DNA of 64,000 nucleotides from the human T2T-CHM13v2.0 reference genome, Homo sapiens: assembly GCF_009914755.1 (NCBI RefSeq), contig NC_060928.1. One strand, written 5' to 3'. This document shows positions 1 through 15,000 of this stretch, in pieces. The translations under genes were made by a program, and so were the position numbers. The notes under the pieces were generated by a model. The model saw only the letters and a list, made by a program, of their open reading frames with translations. It was not told the origin of the DNA and did not search any database. Position 1 is the first letter of the stretch; the number at the start of each line of letters is the position of its first letter.

Positions 1-779
1 ATACAGGTAATTCTGGTCTTTCACTAATATTCAGTACATAATCTTCCATCTAAAATCTGCTTTTTTCTTCTGTGTTGCTACGTTAGTAAATGTTCCCATT
101 TTCTAACTAGTTGTTCTGCAAGAAACAGGATTCTCAGGAATTTTTTGTTGATAATACAACTTTTTAAAATTTTTATCACCAATAGAAGAATGAATTTCCA
201 GCAGTCAGGAATCTAACACATTACAGGGGGGAAAAAGTACGTGAAAAGTGGTAGGGGGAAATTAACAAATGATCTTGAAAAATCTATGGCGGCTAGCAAA
301 GTATTCTTGAAAACAAAGATCTCTGCATTCCGGTATTTTAGGGATCCTCAAAAACAAAATGAAAACCAAACCATCTGGTTTTGCCCAATCATCAGAAAGC
401 AAAATAATCTTGCCTACATTCAGCCACCCCCATAATATTATACAGAGCTCTCAAGTAGCTTTCTGTGGCATAATCATTAAATGTGTTTTGGAGTATCATC
501 CACTATTTGAGATCAGAAAGCAACATGAAAACAAAAGCCCAAAGAAATAACTTTAAAAACACCAAAACAAACAAAGAGAAAAAAACAAAGAAAATAAAAA
601 TAATAACTTAAAAACAACTTTTAGTTAGTATTTATCTAATTACAGTCCTGATGATAAGGCATTCACTAAAAAAAGAAATGTTATTATGAAAATAATCATA
701 GAAAAATAAAAAATATCTTAAAAATCAATAATAAAACTCCCCAAATTATTCTTTAGAAGGTTGAAAGTGAAAAACTCTC

Positions 780-1510
<731 letters not shown>

Positions 1511-3228
1511 AGAAACCACTAGTGAAATGAAGGATAAAACAAGGAAAAAGTGTGTGGGGTCTGGGCAAAAATGAAACTATTTGGTTATGCAATTCTATCT
1601 AAGGTTAAATCCCAGCACTTGCCTTAAAAACCATCTAATTCATAATGGAGGCAGAGACTTCTGGAAAGGAGGACTCCGGGAAAGAAACATGAATGATATA
1701 ATTGCTACAATTCAAAGATATACAGAGAAAATAGGTGAAAACATTTGAAATCTACTTTAGAAATATTATTCTTTGAATAGCATAGTAGTCATGACAGTGC
1801 CTACAGAGGAGGAAATATAATCCTACAGATTTTTGGCTTTGCAGCGCACAAAATGTTCATAATTACACTTATCCAACTTTTATAATTCATGTATAGACAA
1901 ATCAATAAAGACTTAACTATGATTTATCTTGACCTACATGATCCTGCAGTTTCTAGCCTTCCCTTCATCCAGCCTCATTTTGTGCAGACTGCTCCACTAT
2001 CCCAATACATTTTAATTCAGGTTGGTCTGTCAATTTCTCATACACATCCATTTCATCCACATCAGTTTCTCATATCCTCCATCTCAGGGCCTTTTACACA
2101 AGTTTTTCTATTTGCCTGGAATTACTTTACCTCATCTCCCAACCTACTCCCAATCCCTGTCAGATTTTTCAGATAAACCTGCCCTACTTTACCTCACCAG
2201 GTTAGATCCACCTGTACATCTCATCAAAGCACCTGAGACATAATAAGTAATCAAGAAGTCTTTGTTCATCATATGAATAAGTGCTATTTTTCTTGCATAT
2301 AATTCTCCCTGTCCGAAATGCTTGATATTTCTTTATTAAAGAGTTCAACATTTAATTTATAAACTTGCCTATGTGTCTTGTCTGTTTTGTAATCTTTAGT
2401 ATCTTGCTCAGAAAAGAACTTATTGGCTCTACCTCTTGATCTGTAGCATGTATTATATTACTCTTTATTGGACATGCCTAGGTTGTAGGCAGGGGAGACA
2501 GAGGGTTGTATCTTATATATATAAACCTAGAACAGTGCCCTATAGCTAGAAAATAACCAGCTCTAGTTTTTGGTAAAATACCTATGTGGGTATTCATACT
2601 CATCTTGAAATTATTTTACCACTTGTAAATGCAGCAGTCACTGAGCCAGATCCTTTTCAACTTCTAAGTCTGTCAAGTAAAATTCTTGAATAAATTTTAA
2701 AAATTTAGTTGTTAAAATAGATTTATTAATATGTGAAAATGTGCTCTTGATTTAATGTTATATACTTTATGAAATAAATAAAAATTCCTTTGTGTTTTAT
2801 GTAATCTCAAGTGTCTTAGAAAAGATTTGGCATATTTTTGTAGATTTTATGCATTTTCACAATTAGGTTTCTGTTTTTACAATAGAGATATTGCCTGCAT
2901 ACACAATTTTTCATTATCCCTTAACAATAGTGTTTATTCATATAAAATATCAAATTAAAACTTCATTATTCTGCAGACATGGAGCACCTGGAAAAAAATC
3001 TGCATGACATAAAAATAAAAACAGATAAAACATTATTATTATGGAAATATTTGGTGTATCTCTATTCCATAATCCTCCATAGTATCTACAATTATAATGA
3101 GATTCTTTGATAGATACAATTCTTTTTAAAACTCCTATAAAGTAGCTTTTAATATATTGGGTCTTTTCAATTTGTTTTCATTATATAGTTAGACAAGATA
3201 AAAATAATGCAAAATCTTGGGGTATAAT

Positions 3229-3592
3229 TTTCACATGCATCCGTGTGAAGAGACCACCAAACAGGCTTTGTGTGAGCAATAAAGCTTTTTAATCACCTGG
3301 GTGCAGGCGGGCTGAGTCAGAAAAGAGAGTCAGCGAAGGGAGATAGGGGTGGGGCTGTTTTACAGGATTTGGGTAGATAATGGAAAATTACAGTCAAAGG
3401 GGGTTCTCTGGCGGGCAGGGGCAGGGGTCACAAGGTGCTCAATGGGGGAGCTTCTGAGCCAGGAGAAGGAATTTCACAAGGTAATGTCATCAGTTAAGGC
3501 AGGAACCGGCCATTTTCACTTCTTTTGTGATTCTTCACTTGCTTCAGGCCATCTGGATGTATATATGCAGGCTTGGGCTCAGAGGCCTGACA
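3229..3592 (-). mobile_element. HERV-H 3' LTR (LTR7 family)
   Basis: Minus strand begins TGTCAGGCCTCTGAGCCCAAG and ends CTCTTCACACGGATGCATGTGAAA; preceded by PPT AATATAAGAAGACAGGAA (3593-3610). Confidence 0.97.
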
Positions 3593-3730
3593 TTCCTGTC
3601 TTCTTATATTAATAAGAAAAATAAAATAGTGTTGAAGTGTTGGGGGTGGTATGGAGAGATAATGGGCGATGTTTCTCAGGGCTGGTTCCAGCGGGATTAG
3701 GGGTGGTGTGGGAACCTAGAGTGGGAGAGA

Positions 3731-3928
3731 TTAAGCTGAAGGAAGATTTTGTGGTAAGGGGTGATATTGTGGGGTTGTTAGAAGAAACACTTGTTGTGTA
3801 GAATGATTGGTGATGGCCTGGATGCAGTTTTGTATGAATTGAAAAACTAAATGGAAGACACAAGGTCCGAATAAGAGAAGGAGAAAAACAGGTATTAAAG
3901 GACTAAGAATTGGGAGGACCCAGGACAT
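3731..3928 (-). pseudogene. env: HERV-H env remnant (membrane anchor and cytoplasmic tail only)
   Basis: ORF WVLPILSPLIPVFLLLLFGPC...TTPQYHPL matches a gamma-type TM C-terminus; no immunosuppressive domain is visible upstream. Confidence 0.8.
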
Positions 3929-4169
3929 CCAATTAGAGAGTGCCCAAGGAGGTTCAGCATAGCCCTGCCAGCAAAGATTATTTACTTTAAGAGGGAGTTA
4001 AGAGTGGCAGTCTGGGGTTAGCACCAGGAGATCTCAGCTGTGATGGCTTGGAGAAACAGTGTAAACCAGCAGTGTAAACCAGCAGTGTAAACAAGAGCAG
4101 GGCATTTATGAGTAATTGAGAACGGTGAATGGGAGTATGACTAGACAGAAGATAGTAGGGATGACAGGT

Positions 4170-7100
4170 TTTTGGGGCACTGTCCAAGTTGGGCTGGTGT
4201 CTGGAATGAGGCTGGGGCCTAGTAAAAAGGAGTGTCCATACAGGAGCTCAAATGGGCTGTAGCCTGTAGCATTCTGAGGACAGGCCCGAATTCTGAGAAG
4301 GGAAAGTGGTAAAAGTATTGTCCAGTCCTTTTTAAGTTTGTGGCTGAGCTTGGTGAGGTGTGTTTTTAAAAGACCATTTGTCTGTTCTACCTTTTTTGAA
4401 GATTGAGGACAGTAAGGGGTATGAAGGTTTCATTGAATATCAAGAGCCTGAGAAACTGCTTGGGTGATTTGAATAGTAAAGGCCGGTCTGTTATTAGACT
4501 GTATAGAGGTGGGAATTATGTCTGACAGAAGGGAATAAATGATCGCAGTGGCCTTCTCAGACCCTGCAGGAAAGGTCTCTACCCATCCAGTGAAAGTGTC
4601 TACCCAGACCAAGAGGTATTTTAGTTTCCTGACTCGGGGCATGTGAGTAAAGTCAATTTGCCAGTCCTGGGCAGAAGCAAATCCCCAAGCTTGATGTGTA
4701 GGGAAGGGAGGGGGGCCTGAGAAATTCCTGAGGAGTAGTAGAATAGCAGATGGAATACTGAGAAGTGATTTCCTTAAGGATAGATTTCCACGATGGAAAG
4801 GAAATGAGAGGTTCTAAGAGATGGGCTAGTGGCTTGTAACTTACATGGAAGAGTTTATGAAATGACGACACAATGCAATAGGCCTGTGAGGCCGGAAGGA
4901 GATATTTTCCTTGGTCCAAGAACCATTTGCCTTGTGTGGGAAGAGATTGATAGGTGGCAGTTTCAGCTGGGGAGTAGGTGAGAGTGAACGATGGATGAGA
5001 AGAAGAAAAACTGGCCGTGAGGGACAGAAGTTGGAATGTTAGCTGCTTCTTTAGCTACGTTATCAGCATAAGCACTGCCTAGAGCAATGGGATATGACGC
5101 CTTTTGATGGCCCTTGCAGTGAATGACTCCAGCTTCCTTTGGAAGCAAAGAGGCCTTGAGAAGAGTTTTTATTAAAGAGGCATTAATGATGGAGGACCTT
5201 TTGTGTAGTAAGGAAACCTCTTTCTGCCCATGTAACAGCATGGTGGTGCAGGATATGGAAGGCATATTTAGAGTCAGTATAAGTATTGATGTGTAGTCCC
5301 TTTGCAAGAGTGAGGTCCCGAGTTAAGGCAATGAGTTCAGCTTGCTGAGAGGTAGTGGAGCGGGGCAGAGCAGTAGCCTCAATTATAGATGTGGAAGATA
5401 CTATATAGCATAGCCTGCCTTTGCTGGTGAGTGGTGATTAGGCCTGGTGGAACTGCCATCAGTAAACCAAATGTAATCAGGGTGAGGAACAGGAAAGAAG
5501 GAAATATGGGGAAATGGGGCAAATGTCAGGTGGATCAGAGAGATACAGTCTTGGGGGTCAGGTGTGGTATCCGGAATAATGTCGGAGGCCGGATTGAAGT
5601 CCGGCCAATGATACCTGTGGGAGACTCAACAAAGAGTGAGTATAGCTGAAGGAGCCAGGGAGCAGAAAGTATATGTGTCAGATGTGAGGAAGAAAATAAA
5701 TTTTGGAAGTTATGAGAGCTGTAGAGAGTGAGTTGAGCATAGTTTGTGAGTTTGAGGGCCTCTCAAAGTATTAGGATGGCGGCAGCCGCTGCACGGATAC
5801 ATGATGGCCAGCCTAAAACAGTAAGGTCAAGTTGTTTGGACAAAAAGGCTACAGGGTGCAGTCCCAGTCCTTGTGTAAGAATTCTGACTGCACAGTCCTG
5901 TACTTTGGCTGTGTGTAATGAAAAGGGTTGGGATGAGTCAGGGAGAGATAGTGTGGGGGCAGTCTCTAAAGCTGTCTTCAAGGAACAGAAAAAGGAGTGG
6001 GAAAGGATTTAGGATCTATGGGGTCAGCTAGGTTTCCTTTTGTGAGTTTATATAATGGTTTTGTTAGGATGGTAAAACTAGGTATCCAAAGGTGGAAGTA
6101 CCTAACCATGACTAGGAAGGAAAGAGTTGTTGTTTTGTAGAAGGTATTGGGGTTTGAGATATCAGTCAGACACGATCAGGAGGCAGAGCACATGTGTTTT
6201 CATGAAGAATTATGCCAAGATAGGTAATGGATGAGGAAGAAATTTGAGCTTGACTGAAGTAATGGGGGCTGTCCGTGAAGCCTTGTGGCAGTACAACCCA
6301 GGTAATTTGCTGAGGCTGATGGGTATCAGGGTCAGTCCAAGTGAAAGTGAAGACAGGCTGGGATGAAGGCTGCAAAGGAATAGTAAAGAAAGCATGTTTG
6401 AGATCCAGAACAGAATAATGGGTTGTGGAGGTGTTGTCGGGGGAGGTATCGAGGATAGGAGAGTATATGGGTTTGGCACCATGGGGTGGATAGGCAAAAC
6501 AATTTGGTTGATAAGGTGCAGATCCTGAACTAACCTGTAAGACTTGTCTCGTTTTTGGACAGGTAAAATGGGGGAATGTAAGGAGAGTTTATAGGCTTTA
6601 AAAGGCCATGCTGTAACAGGCAAGTGATAACAGGCTTTATTCCTTTTACAGCCTGCTGTGGGATGGGATATTGGCGTTGAGTGGGGTAAGGGTGATTAGG
6701 TTTTAATGGGATGGTAAGGGGTGCATGATTGGTCGCCAAGGATGGAGTAGAGATGTCCTATACTTGTGGATTAAGGTGGGGAGATACAAGGGGAGGATGT
6801 GAAGGAGGCTTTGAACTGGGGAAATGGGTGGCAATGAGGTGTGGCTGTAGCCTAGGAATGGTCAGGGAAGCAGATAATTTAGTTAAAATATCTTGGCCTA
6901 ATAAGGGAACTGGGCAGGTGGGGATAACTAAAAAGGAGTGCATAAAAGAATACTGTCCAAGTTGGCACCAGAGTTGGGGAGTTTGAAGAGGTTTAGAAGC
7001 CTGGCCATCAATACGCACAACAGTTATGGAGGCAAGGGAAACAGGCCCTTGAAAAGAAGGTAATGTGGAGTGGGTAGCCTCTGTATTGATTAAGAAGGGG

Positions 7101-7170
7101 ATGGACTTACCCTCCACTGTAAGAGTTACCCAAAGCATCTGTGATGGTCCAGGAGGCTTCCAAGGCACAC
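4170..7170 (-). pseudogene. pol: HERV-H pro-pol remnant (protease, deleted RT, RNase H, integrase pieces)
   Basis: Fragments FLINTEATHS (protease DTG mutated), YRLVQDL, WVVLPQGF, VIHCKGHQ, YLLVWVDTFTGWVE; many stops and frameshifts; boundaries approximate. Confidence 0.88.
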
Positions 7171-7189
7171 AGGCAGCGCCAGTCTTCAG

Positions 7190-8397
7190 CCACTAAGCTG
7201 AGAAGATCTGGGAAGAAGTAAGTCAGAGCCTTGGGCTAGTTGGACAGTTGAATTTCCAGTGGGGACCCACACAGCTGGGACACAGCTTAGGAGGAATCCC
7301 AGGCTGCAGGCATTCCTTGGCCTGGTGGCCAGATTTCCGGCACTTGAAGCAAGATCCTGGGGGAGGAGGTCCTGAAGGAATGCCTCACCACTGTGGCTTA
7401 GGCATTTTGAAGTTCTTGTGTGCTGGAGATGTGGCTGGGGTTTCTCTCACAGTGGAGGCAAGGAACTGCAACTCAGAAATACCTTGCTACTTGGCTGCCT
7501 CTACTCTACTATTATACAACTTGAAGTTGAGGTTAATTAAGTCCTATTGTGGGGTTTGAGGGTGGGAATTTAATTTTTGGAATTTTATTTAATGTTGGGA
7601 GTAGATTGGGTAATAAAATGTATATTGAGAATAAGATGGCCTTTTGACCTTTTAGGGCCTAGGGCCGTAAAGCGTCTCAGGGTTGCTGCCAAATGAGCCA
7701 TGAACTGGGCTGGGTTTTTATATTTGATGAAAAAGAGCCTACATGCTAACTGATTTGGGAGAGGTTGGTTAAAGAAAAAGGAGCAGTAACCTTGACTATG
7801 CCTTTAGCTCCAGCCACCTTTTAAAGAGGAAATTGCTGGGCAGGTGGGGGAGGGCTAGTTGCAGAACAAAACTGTAAGCTGGACTGGATGGGAAGAGGGG
7901 AGGTGATAAAAGGATTATAGGGCGGGGGAGCGGAGGCTGAGGAAGAATTGGGACCTGGCTCAGGGCGGGGAGCAGCCTGGGGAAGAGGGGAGAGGTCAGA
8001 TGGGTCTGTAAAAAAGGAATATTGGAAAGACTCAGCAACACTTGGGGTTGGGACTGAGGGGACAGGCAGAGGGGAAAGAAGGAAGATTTGGGATGAGTTG
8101 TATTGGGAACGACGACTAGGGAGGGACCAATGTGTAAAAGAATGCCTGGACGTCAGGCACCTCAGACCATTTGCACATTTTACAACAAGAATTATCTAGA
8201 TCTTGTAGGATGGATAAATCAAAAGTGCCATTTTCTGGCTATTTGGAACCATTGTCAAGTTTGTATTGGGGTTAAGCAGCATTGCAGAAGAAAATAAAGC
8301 ATTTAGGTTTTAAGTTAGGTGTGAGTTGAAGAGGTTTTAAGTTCTTGAGAACACAGGCTAAGGGAGAAGGAAGAATGGAGGGTGGAAGTTTGCCTAT
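7190..8397 (-). pseudogene. gag: HERV-H gag remnant
   Basis: Start region reads ATA GGC AAA CTT CCA CCC (ATG lost); zinc-knuckle-like CFKCRKSGHQAKEC at ~7310-7351; frames broken. Confidence 0.75.
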
Positions 8398-8415
8398 AGC
8401 GAAGGAGGCAAGCCC

Positions 8416-8660
8416 AGAGAAAAGAGAGGGTAGAGACACAGAAGGGGTGGGAGGTGCTTGTCCCCCCAGGAAAGTGGAGAGAAAAGAGAGGGTAAAGACA
8501 CAGAGAGAAGGGGTGGGGGGTGCTTGCCCCCCAGGAAAGTGGAGAGAAAAGAGAGGGTAGAGACACAGAGTAGGGGTGGGGAGTGCTTGTCCCCCAGGAA
8601 AGTGGAGAGAACAGAGAGAGTAGAGACATGGAGAGAAGGGGTAGGTGGCGTTTGCCCCCC
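8416..8660. repeat. ~63-65 bp tandem repeat (about 4 copies) in the HERV-H 5' leader
   Basis: caggaaagtggagag recurs at 8467, 8532 and 8595; each unit has gagagggtagagacac and ggggtgggg..gtgcttg. Confidence 0.9.
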
Positions 8661-9109
8661 AAAAAATGGTGCTTGCCACTAAGGGTGAAGGACCAAGGCA
8701 GGCATCCCCATGGTGATCAGACACCTCTGAAACGTGGGTGAATAATCAAGCAGTCGTCCCCACAGTGATTAAACACCAAGGGAAGACTGTCTTCCCTAGT
8801 TCATGACTGGTGCCGGAGTTTTGGGTTCACAGATAAAACACGTCTGTTCTGTCTCTACCAGAAAAGGAAAGGAACTGAAATTAAGAGAAGGGAGAGATTG
8901 AAAGATCGTGCCAAGATTGAAAGGAGAAAGATGTTGAGGGATACTGAGAGAGGTTGGAGAAGAGAGTAAAAAGAGGCCGCTTACCCGATTTAAAATTGGT
9001 GAAATGTTCCTTGGGCTGGTTGGTCTGAGGACCTGAGGTCATAGGTGGATCTTTCTCACCGAGCAAACAGCAGGAGGACAGGGGATTGATCTCCCAAGGA
9101 GGTCCCCCG

Positions 9110-9127
9110 ATCTGAGTCATGGCATCA
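9110..9127 (-). promoter_or_regulatory. Primer binding site, tRNA-His type (degenerate)
   Basis: TGATGCCATGACTCAGAT versus expected TGGTGCCGTGACTCGGAT (3 G>A changes), just inside the 5' LTR. Confidence 0.9.
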
Positions 9128-9129
9128 AA

Positions 9130-9493
9130 TTTCGTGAGCTTCTGTGTGAAGAGACCACCAAACAGGCTTTGTGTGAGCAATAAAGCTTTTTAATCACCTG
9201 GATGCAGGCGGACTGAGTCTGAAAAGAGTCAGTGAAGGGAGATGGGGTGGGGCTGTTTTACAAGATTTGGGTAGGTAATGGAAAATTACAGTCAAAGGGG
9301 GGTGTTCTTTGGCGGGTCGGGGCAGGGGTCACAAGGTGCTCAGTGGGGGAGCTTCTGAGCCAGGAGAAGGAATTTCACAAGGTAACGTCATCAGTTAAGG
9401 CAAGAACCAGCCATTTTCACTTCTTTTGTAATTCTTCACTTGCTTCAGGCCATCTGGATGTATATGTGCAGGCTTGGGCTCAGAGGCCTGACA
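9130..9493 (-). mobile_element. HERV-H 5' LTR (LTR7 family)
   Basis: Direct repeat of 3229-3592; about 21 substitutions and 3 indels by manual alignment. Confidence 0.97.
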
Positions 9494-10022
9494 ATAATAA
9501 AAACTGACACTTGCAAATGGATGAGAAGTCTAGCTAAAATTTTTTCATTTACTGTTTGATTATGTTTAATTACAATTCAAACCTAATGTTGTCATCCTTT
9601 AATATTCAGCTACTATAGTCTATAATTAAGATGGAGGTCTTCTAAGTGTAACAATTAATTTTTCTATGTATATATAGTTTTTCATTTTTAGAAAATTCTT
9701 ACACTTTCTATGGCTTCATAATACTAAGAGCTTTCTTTTATTTTTAGTAATTATCAGAAGTTAAATTGAAAAATTTTAAGTTTTAATCATTCAAATTGAA
9801 CTACTTTCTGTTTTGGAGTTTCTTGAAACACCATTTACTTTCTTTTTTATTGTTTCTTTACTTAGTTGATAAGATTCAAATCTAAGTATTGTGTTCCTGA
9901 ACTCACACAAGAAAGGTTTCTTTCTCATTCACACTATGGATGAACCAGATCTCTTTCATATTGTAGTTATGACAATGGATATATAGCTTCCAAAGTTGTG
10001 TGATACAAGAGGGAGAGGATAA

Positions 10023-10397
<375 letters not shown>

Positions 10398-13244
10398 TGA
10401 CTAAAACTCAGTTACATTCCCCCCAACCCCCTCGCAACAAAGTGCAAGGAATGCTGGGAAATGGGGAAAAGCAGAGGCTTTAACAATCTTGGGGACCATT
10501 AAGAAGTGAGAGTTGCAGTGAGCTGACTTACTTTTCAGTTTTATAATTCTCACAGTTTGATATCCAAAGCATATATATATACACACACACACACATATAT
10601 ATATTTCTCAAAAGCATATGTATAACACATACATATATATTCACCTCAGAATGATTTCCACTTAGCTTCTAGCTCACCATTTTCAATACCTATTTATTTA
10701 GATATGTATGTAAAAATAAATAATGTGAAACCCTGAAAAATAATGCTTCCATCTCTCCATCTCTCTACCACAATAAAGAAGCCATATATCTTGACTCAGC
10801 TTGATCACCACAACAAAGTTAATGCAAAATTTATGACAAATTACCTATTTTCCCTCCCACTCACTCCTGACTTTCTACCAATTGGATTCCATTTCTGATT
10901 ACTTGCAATTCTTGGCTCTGGTTTTTGTATGTGATTCTACTGCTGCTCCTTTATAATTAGTATTGTCATTTAGATTTCAGATTACCTCTATGAACTTGAA
11001 TTTGATTCATTACTGACATTATGGGTGAGATTTCAGTTTTTGATGGAAAGTCACTAGTTCTTATTCTCAGAGGCCATTTTCAGACGTAGCAGGTGTCCAG
11101 TGAAAGAGGTATTTAGGCATATTTTGAGGAAGCAACCAAATTCTTTTTAAGCCATATATAAATATTCGCCAGAAAATAAGTTCAAATCCTCAAGAATCTT
11201 AAAGTTTCTTAAAGTAATGTATGATTTTTTCTTTTCAATTAATCTAAATCATACTTTTAGCAATAAACATGTATGTGTTAATTTTTATTAATAAATGGTA
11301 AGCTCTTATTCTGGTTCTTTGAGTATAAATTTATTGTCGTATAAACTCCTATCTCAAAAAAAGTCCTTACAAGTAAAAATTCTATTATTCACTCACCCCA
11401 ACTGAAAAATCACTCATATAATACTTTATTAATGATATAATGCCAAATACTGTGTAGCTATTTAAGAGGTTTCATTATATTTCATGAATATTAATTTCCT
11501 TCCAAATAATTAAGGTAACTGCCAGAATTACTTAGCAAGATAGATGGCAGTGACTATACTATTTTATGTATGAAATAGACATCATATAAGATTTATATAT
11601 AGTTATATATACACACATATATTTACACATATATAAAATATCAATAACAACTAAACAAATTTCCTTCCCTTCATTTTTTTCCTCTGACATTTAAAAATAT
11701 ATTTTTCTTCTTTACTTTTTGTTCCTCAATTTGCTATAATTTTTAAAAAACCCTTCCAATTTAGTGAAAGAGACAGTATTCAATTTTTAAATAATGTGTT
11801 TTTGTTTATAAAAGTGTTTCAAAACGGGGACTTCAAATATGGTAATTGCACCTGAAATATGATTTGTATTATCTGATGGTAGAGAATCTATATTCCCATG
11901 GACAGGCTACAATAAGAGAGAAGGTTTATAATAAATTTCATACATACAATGTACATTATTTAATAATCTGATATCCTTCTGCAGAGTATGATTATACACA
12001 CTCCTTCACTCATGATCGGCATATGGCTTCCAGAAACCCTACTCATGATGAAATCTTTCTGTGTTTCTACAATTAACTGGCAGTTCAAAATAAAATCATC
12101 TGTGAAATAAGCTTACATTGGTAGAGAAGCAAATTTTCATAGTTATCCATTCCAAACTCTCTGAATGAATCTCAAGTACACACTGCATTACAGTCATTGA
12201 AAGATCAAATAATGGGCTTCCTTATGATTCTCTGCGAGTTCATCCCATGCTTAATGATCCATTATTGGCATAACAAGGGATTAGATAAAAACTATTAATG
12301 ATAAGACTCTAATATTAAACTAAAGTCTGGGATACTTAAGGCTTTTAACATACTTACAGGATGATTTTAAAAGACTAACAATTGACCTTAGGTGCACACA
12401 ACAGTAAAGACATGAACACCATAATTGTTTTTCTTCATATTAACTAGGGGTGACTGTAATTAATATTTATCCATTTAATAAACTTTTAAATGAGAAGGCC
12501 AACAAAATAAGCAATGAAGATATGTTTTGTTTATTCTAGGGTATTAGTCAGTTTTCACAATTTAACCATGAATTTTTACAATGATAATAAATAGAGGTAG
12601 TACAGAAATTGGATCTGGGAATAATAATGCAACTAGTTGTATCAGTTCAATGCACCTATTTGAATCCTTTACATGTCACATGCTTGTGAATTTTTGCCAA
12701 TGATGAAGCCAAAAATTAATTTACTGAGTGTCACACAACAAATGGTGATATCAGGAATTCAGCCATGGCCATTCAAGTCCAGAGCCTCAATTTAGTTGAA
12801 GCTAGTGGAGAAACAGGGCAACAAATATGAAAAGGAAGATTTTTCCATTTTCAAAAACACGTTTGGTGGTCATTCTTATTTTTTGTTTATTATTTTTAAC
12901 TGAGTGAAGAGCTAAACAAAATAAAGATAATCTCAAAACTGAGGCAGATACATAAACTGGTGAGAGAACAGTAATCAAATTGTGTCATTCTTTGTGGGAA
13001 AATCTAAATGTAATCACATCTCTGCACAAATGACCCAAAGAACTCAGGAACTAGCACTGAATCATTGCAATGAGAAATGCCTACTCTGGGTAGATGATTA
13101 ACAAGTATCAATTTTATGCAATTTTATGAAATACTTCTTTTAAAGAGGCAGCATTACTTCATTTGTAATTTTAGAAAGATTTTCCAATTTTACATTTCTA
13201 TCATAACTTGATCATCTTTGACGGGTAGAACACAGAATCAGTTA

Positions 13245-13405
13245 TCAGAAGTCTCGGGCACTGGCCCAGGCTACTACTTATTTGTTCCTTGACCCTAATC
13301 AGAATAGTTACTTCTCTAAACTTCAATATTTTCCTTCCACTGTGAAATTAGGCTTTTATCTTCTGCTTTCCCTACCTCATGGGGTTGTTTTCACAATCAG
13401 TTAGA
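13245..13405 (+). mobile_element. MIR fragment
   Basis: Core-like ttacttctctaaacttcaatattttccttccactgtgaaa...ctacctcatggggttgttttcacaatca. Confidence 0.55.
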
Positions 13406-13413
13406 GTATTTCA

Positions 13414-13794
<381 letters not shown>

Positions 13795-14559
13795 CTAAAC
13801 CATTTAATAAGCTTTCTTTGTGTAAATGGTTTAACTCCATTTAAAATAGTACTTACACTGAAATAATGCCTTTCCGTGTCACAAATCCATTGTATTGATA
13901 ACATAAATTTTGTATTTATGCAAATTAAGATAACAAAGGAACAAAGACCCTGCTTAGCAAAGTCACTCTGCCAATGTAATTAGCTTTGTCTTGTTTCAAC
14001 TAGTCGAGCAGGAGCAGTTGCTTCCTTTGGAAGGAAGCCTGAAGAACTATCATAGAAATTTAGAATAGAAGACAAAGCATCAGAGGCCAGTCCAGATAAC
14101 ACTGTATCTTGTGATTTATCTTCCCAGTCTCTATTAATTCCCTTTTGGTGTCATAGCACAGATGACTGTTACTCTCTTCTTTCAAGTTTCTTTGCCTAAT
14201 TTTGAATAGCTATCTCGTTGAAAACAGACAAGAAATTTGGAATACCCTCTGTATTATTCTCATTTTATTCCCTTCTTATAATATTTTCAAACAGGAGGAA
14301 AAAGCATGGGGATTTTCCTTGACTGTTGATATTCTCTAGCTCTGTGCTTTTTTGGAATTTCATGCCATATATGAGTATTTTGTGTTGGGTATATATAGAG
14401 GGCAACATTCATAAATAGGAAAACTTCAAGATTTAGAGGTGTTACTTCATGTATTTCTGTTCTGAGAATGGAGGTTCTTGGACAAATGTATTTGAAGTAC
14501 AGAGCACAGAGGGTTAATACATATAATATTCAAATAACTATTACCAAATATCAAGGAGA

Positions 14560-15000
14560 CAATGAGCCCAATGCAAATTATATCAAAAAACAAATCAAAC
14601 GCATTCAAGTGGAAAATGAATATGAAAAAATATCAGATTTACTAGTTGTCAGAATGTAAGTTATATTTACAATTAATTATTTTATAGCCATTAAATTTAA
14701 CAGAATAATTTTAAAATCAGTAACATCAATTGCTATTGGGGATGCTTGAAAAATTCATATATTGCTGTTAGAAATGTGAGTTTTCACAAAATTTTAAAAA
14801 CCATTGTAAATATCTACTAAAATTAAGATAAATAACACTCTTTGACTTTCAAACTGTTCCTAAAAATCCAAAACAACCAATGCTTAAAGATTTATGTACA
14901 GTTATTTATTTTCAGCATTGTTTAAAGGGGCAAAACACTAAAAATGGATTGATGGTCCATTAATATTGTCATAGCTGGGTAAATTGTGCTAGGATAAAAT
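14560..15000 (+). mobile_element. Old L1ME-like 3' ORF2 fragment
   Basis: Degenerate L1 3' motifs (catatattgctgttagaaatgtga; ttcagcattgtttaaaggggcaaaacacta). Confidence 0.45.

Larger units (their letters stand above)
3229..9493 (-). mobile_element. HERV-H provirus, internally deleted non-autonomous type, with two LTR7-family LTRs
   Basis: Two 364-bp LTRs, perfect 5-bp TSD ATAAT (3224-3228, 9494-9498), tRNA-His-like PBS, polypurine tract, gag/pro/pol/env remnants in the ORF track. Confidence 0.97.

Noticed and set aside
241-550. Two short ORFs at the window start
   Set aside because: Under 65 aa, AT-rich, with no recognisable domain or supporting splice structure
8416-8660. CRISPR-like array
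   Set aside because: Eukaryotic ERV leader tandem repeat with no unique spacers and no cas genes
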